64,000 nt of DNA from Verrucomicrobiales bacterium (GTDB lineage Bacteria > Verrucomicrobiota > Verrucomicrobiia > Verrucomicrobiales > V1-33), in NCBI GenBank assembly GCA_031411295.1, contig JANOAV010000010.1, positions 1-64,000 of the forward strand, given 5' to 3'. Positions 60,377 through 64,000 of the stretch are shown in pieces. Positions within the stretch are counted from its first letter, which is position 1. Every line of letters begins with the position of its first letter. Made by a program: the position numbers and the translations under genes. A model generated the notes under the pieces. It did no database searches. It worked only from the letters and a program-made list of their open reading frames with translations, and was not told the DNA's origin.

Positions 60377-61073
60377 ACCCAGCGAAAAGCGCCTGCTCAC
60401 CGCGTTCGGCATTGTAGTTTTTCTGATCGTAAACTTTGCCGCCTTCACCTTCTGGCAGGAGAAAGAGGTCAAAGTGGTCAGCAAGAAAGCATCGCTAACC
60501 AAGGAACTCAAACGCCTGGAAGGCTTGAAATCAAAGGTGCCCATCGCTCGTGAATACGAAGCGGCTTTGGCGCAATATCTGAAACGTTACGACTCGCTGG
60601 ATACGCGCGACACCTACCTCACGACTTTCGTCCAGACCGCGGTCGATAAGCTAGGGCTCAAGTTAGCCAAAAACGCCCCGCTCGCAGGGGAGCAGCCAAA
60701 CCCAGACCAACCCGCCAAGTTCATCAAATCCGCCTATCGTGCGGAAGTCAGCGGAGACTGGAAGAAGGTGCTGGAGTTTATTTATGGGCTGCAAGAGCCG
60801 ACCGAGTTTCGTTATGTCAAGAGCTTGGTGCTGAGCACCCGCAAGAACGAGGCCAACGATGGTGTGAGCGATCTCGTCTGTGACTTCACGCTGCAAAAAT
60901 GGTGGAATCCTCAAAGTGACGAACTCTTGGCCGAGGCCGCCGCAGCTGCCGCAGAACCCGCGCCTGCCGCAGAGACCACCGCCCCAAAAGAATCTGAACA
61001 AAACTCCCCGCCGGCGGTCGGAACTAATGGTGCGCAGCCAGCGCTTGGCACACCCGCCCCCAACGTCCAATAA
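60366..61073 (+). CDS. GspM/PilO-like protein
   Basis: SEKRLL plus TM segment, coiled coil, and V.G.W..V..FIY.LQ ferredoxin-like domain. Overlaps the upstream gene. Confidence 0.7.
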   Translation: MTLKPSEKRLLTAFGIVVFLIVNFAAFTFWQEKEVKVVSKKASLTKELKRLEGLKSKVPIAREYEAALAQYLKRYDSLDTRDTYLTTFVQTAVDKLGLKLAKNAPLAGEQPNPDQPAKFIKSAYRAEVSGDWKKVLEFIYGLQEPTEFRYVKSLVLSTRKNEANDGVSDLVCDFTLQKWWNPQSDELLAEAAAAAAEPAPAAETTAPKESEQNSPPAVGTNGAQPALGTPAPNVQ

Positions 61074-61090
61074 TCTTTCCGCTTCCAGTC

Positions 61091-61999
61091 ATGAAAACCT
61101 CCCTGCTGCTCGCTAGCCTGCTGACCCTGACCGTCCAAACCAAACTCAAAGCCGAGGCCACTCCGCCGACCGCTGATGGTGAAGTTAAGACTTCCGTCAT
61201 GGAAACCAAGACTTACGGACTGGACCGCTACCAGCGGCTGATGGCGAAGTCCCCGTTTGATTTCGAAGTGCCTGAAGTGGCTCCACCGCCACCCATTCCC
61301 GCCATGCAGGACTGGGCGCTGGCGGGTTTGACCAAGGCGACGGATTACTCGGTGGTGAATTTGGTGAATCTGAAGACCCAGGAGCGCCTGCGCTTAACCC
61401 GTTACATGGCCCCGCCGTCCAGCAAGGCCAATCAAACCAAGTCTGGCTCCGATATTTTCACCTTGGAATCAATTCAATTTGAAGAAGGCAAACCGATGAC
61501 GGTGAAAAATGCCACTGCGATGGTGACCAAGAATGGCGAGCAAGGTTCCGTGGCGTTCGATGCCAAAGTATTGCAGATGAAGGCCGCCCCGGGCAAAGGC
61601 GCCATGCCCATGATACCTGGAGCCCAGCCCGCCAATGGCCAGCCGGTCCCGAACAATGGGCAACCCGGAGGCGCTAATGGGTCCAACCAAGCGCTCCTGC
61701 AAATGCTGCAACAGCGCAATGCAGCCCAGCCGCAGGGCGGGGGCGCAGCCCCCCAACCAACCAACCCAGGGAACCCCGCCGTGCCGAACTTGCCTAACCA
61801 GCTCGCGCCCCAAGGACAACCAGCGCAGCCCCAACAACCCGTGGTGCCGCAGCAGCCTGCCGTTTACAGCAATACCGGCGGCGGCACCAATCCTGCGGCA
61901 GGAGCAAACAATGGCAACGCGCCCGCTCCAGCGGCCCGTCGGCGGGTGGTGCTTCCAACCAACGAACCAGTTCCGGTCCCCGGGGCGGCTAACCAATAA
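61091..61999 (+). CDS. GspC/PilP-like protein with Pro/Gln-rich tail
   Basis: SPF…W.LAGL motif, position between the M-like gene and the secretin, and a low-complexity C-terminus. Confidence 0.55.
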   Translation: MKTSLLLASLLTLTVQTKLKAEATPPTADGEVKTSVMETKTYGLDRYQRLMAKSPFDFEVPEVAPPPPIPAMQDWALAGLTKATDYSVVNLVNLKTQERLRLTRYMAPPSSKANQTKSGSDIFTLESIQFEEGKPMTVKNATAMVTKNGEQGSVAFDAKVLQMKAAPGKGAMPMIPGAQPANGQPVPNNGQPGGANGSNQALLQMLQQRNAAQPQGGGAAPQPTNPGNPAVPNLPNQLAPQGQPAQPQQPVVPQQPAVYSNTGGGTNPAAGANNGNAPAPAARRRVVLPTNEPVPVPGAANQ

Positions 62000-62094
62000 T
62001 TTAGGCAAACTTTCCCACGTTGCCGGATCGAATTTACTCGCCAGCCGCGCAATTTACCTTCACTCTCCATCTCCGTCTCCTGACTCCCTTCTTC

Positions 62095-64000
62095 ATGTCG
62101 CGCACTATCATCCTTACCTTTGGCTCACTGGCCACCTTTTCAGCTCTGGCCTTGGCTCAGAGCCCCATCGAGCCGCCACGCCGCGCCACCCCTCCAACGG
62201 ATGCTTCGTTGCTGGCACCGCCTGCGAAAGGAGTCGTGCTGCCGGGAGCAGCACCTGCGGCGGACAGCCCACCAGAAGCTTCGCAAACCCCAGCGGACCC
62301 CCTCCCTGCCCTGCCTGCGGCCACTGAGGCTGCGGCCGCCAAACCCCCCGTGGCCACCGGAGCAAACCCTGCGGCCGTGGAAGCGGCCAAGGCCAGAGCC
62401 GCTGAATTTAAGGCCAGAGCTGCTGCTGCTGCCGCACGTGCTGGTGCCCCAGGCGGAGCGCCGGCTGGTGGACCCGGCGGTCTTCCTGGAGGACCCAATC
62501 CCGGAGCGGGTGGCGGCGTTAATCCTGCTGGCGGACCTGGTCCCAAGGCGGGAGTGCCCTTAAGTTCCCCGGCTGGTGCTGATCCATTCGCTCAACCCGG
62601 CGGCCAGCCCGCTGGCGCAGCTACGGGGGCGGGCCAATTCGTGGAAATCACCCAAAATCTCACCGCCTCAGTGGACGATGTCATTGCTGATTACGAATTG
62701 AACACCGGGGTGACCGTTCTGCGCACGGGGAACATTCAGGGCACCGTGCCCATTTCTGTGAATCCAGCCGTCAGAATGACCAAGGAGGAATACGTGGATT
62801 ACATGAAGGCCGTGCTCATGGTTAATGGCTTCAGTATCCACGAGTATAGCCCCAAACTTCACGCCATCACTTTCACTGGCCAAGCCACACCCTTGTTCTC
62901 AGCCGCGCCTAATTTTAAGGGCAACCAAGTCTTTACTCGGGAGGCCGATCTTCCTGAGCGTGATGAATTCGTGAACTACTTCATGAAGTTTGATAACTTA
63001 ACTGCCCAGGACGCGGCCACGTTGATCGGTCAGCCCCAGCACCAAAGTGGCAAAGTCACCCCGGTGCCGAGCGCTGGTGGCTTGTTGATTACGGAATCCG
63101 TCCCCGTGATCCGCAGCTTTATCGCCATCAAAAAGGAAGTCGATATTCCCGGCAGCATCATGGAGAATAAGTTCGTGCAATTGAAAATTGCCGATGCCGA
63201 AGAAGTGGCCGGAGTGATCCAACAAATCCTCCAACAACAAAGTGCCGCCAACAGCAAAGGCGGAGCAGGCGCAGGAGGAGGCTCCCGCCTCGTAGCCGCG
63301 CCCAACGCTGCGCAACAACTCAACGCCCAGTTGGCTGGGCAGCCGAATCCCGCAGGCGGAACGCCCGCGGGCACCCAGGCAGCTCCGGATAGTTCCGCCA
63401 TCGTGGTTCAAGCCGACCGCCGCACCAATCGCATTCTCCTCAGCGGGAAGAAATCCGATGTCGCTTACATTGAGAAACTCATTCATGAATTCGATCTCCC
63501 CTCGGAAATCGAAAATTTTGTAACCTATCCGCTGCGATTCATCCGCGTGACCGACTTCATTGAGTTGGCCACCGGAGCCCTGGAAGCCCGCGGATTCGGA
63601 GCCAGCGGCGGTGGCGCTGGCGGTGGTGGTTCCAGCGCAGGGGGCGCAGCGGGTGGGGCCACCGGCGGAAATCGCCAGGCCAGCGGCAATGGCTACCCGA
63701 CTGGAGGAGCCAGTGGCACGAACACCCGTTCCTCCCAAGCAGCCACCAACAGCCGTTCCAGTGGTGGGAGCAGCAGCCGCAGCAGCGGGGGAGCTGCAGG
63801 CGGAGCCGGGGGAGTCAATGGCGGTGGTGGCGGTAGTTCCCGTGGCGGAGCCGGAGCCAGCGCTCAAAACACCATGGCTATTCCCAGTTCCACCACGGTT
63901 GGCAAAACCCTGCTGATTTCCGATCCGCAGTCCAATGCCATCATCGTTTCGGGAACCCCGGAAGCCCGGGATCAGATCCGCATTCTCATCCAACAAATGG
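62095..64000 (+). CDS. gspD: Type II secretion secretin, N-terminal part (runs off window; not in ORF track)
   Basis: Open frame from ATG 62095 (MSRTIILTFG…). N-domain motifs include LMVNGFS, VQLKIADAEEVA, ADRRTNRILLSG…LIHEFD and SDPQSNAIIVSG. Confidence 0.88.
   Translation, partial: MSRTIILTFGSLATFSALALAQSPIEPPRRATPPTDASLLAPPAKGVVLPGAAPAADSPPEASQTPADPLPALPAATEAAAAKPPVATGANPAAVEAAKARAAEFKARAAAAAARAGAPGGAPAGGPGGLPGGPNPGAGGGVNPAGGPGPKAGVPLSSPAGADPFAQPGGQPAGAATGAGQFVEITQNLTASVDDVIADYELNTGVTVLRTGNIQGTVPISVNPAVRMTKEEYVDYMKAVLMVNGFSIHEYSPKLHAITFTGQATPLFSAAPNFKGNQVFTREADLPERDEFVNYFMKFDNLTAQDAATLIGQPQHQSGKVTPVPSAGGLLITESVPVIRSFIAIKKEVDIPGSIMENKFVQLKIADAEEVAGVIQQILQQQSAANSKGGAGAGGGSRLVAAPNAAQQLNAQLAGQPNPAGGTPAGTQAAPDSSAIVVQADRRTNRILLSGKKSDVAYIEKLIHEFDLPSEIENFVTYPLRFIRVTDFIELATGALEARGFGASGGGAGGGGSSAGGAAGGATGGNRQASGNGYPTGGASGTNTRSSQAATNSRSSGGSSSRSSGGAAGGAGGVNGGGGGSSRGGAGASAQNTMAIPSSTTVGKTLLISDPQSNAIIVSGTPEARDQIRILIQQM

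Noticed and set aside
60947..60975. Fourth CGCAGAGA occurrence
   Set aside because: It lies inside a coding region and has no TGAAAC 15 nt upstream.
62998..63996. 332-aa minus-strand ORF
   Set aside because: Antisense shadow of the secretin frame, which the ORF track omits because it has no stop inside the window.
1..64000. CRISPR array, tRNA or rRNA genes
   Set aside because: No regularly spaced repeats, cloverleaf or rRNA-like tracts were seen by eye. A covariance search was not possible.

Overview
High-GC bacterial chromosomal window, very probably Verrucomicrobiota (Verrucomicrobiaceae-like). The evidence is a PEP-CTERM giant, a CotH/lamin-tail protein, planctomycete-type cytochrome/DUF1592 proteins and C/T-rich leaders without Shine-Dalgarno sites. 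Scattered housekeeping genes (coaD, rodA, moeA, mfd, carB, a stand-alone nuoD, a panB-like gene) alternate with accessory surface and secretion genes, and the window ends in a type II secretion-like L-M-C-D cluster whose secretin runs off the edge. The best candidate for an undescribed system lies at 36.5-43.8 kb. A three-gene operon encodes a signal-peptide-bearing phage-tail-fibre-like protein with a C-terminal autocleaving-chaperone-like domain, a metzincin protease and a small putative anchor protein. It faces a Cys4-Ser/Thr kinase-TM-WD40 gene, and three exact copies of an ECF-sigma-like promoter motif, TGAAAC-N15-CGCAGAGA, link the locus. Other signals are a perfect Rex-type operator before nuoD, several GTAG/GTGG REP-like hairpins plus a RAYT-like Y1 transposase, a solo integron-cassette-like gene, a YiiX-like gene remnant in frame behind the CotH gene, and a DUF350/YgiB-like/YgiC-like operon with an upstream palindrome. 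No rRNA, tRNA or CRISPR array was seen. All family calls come from recognising motifs by eye, not from database searches.
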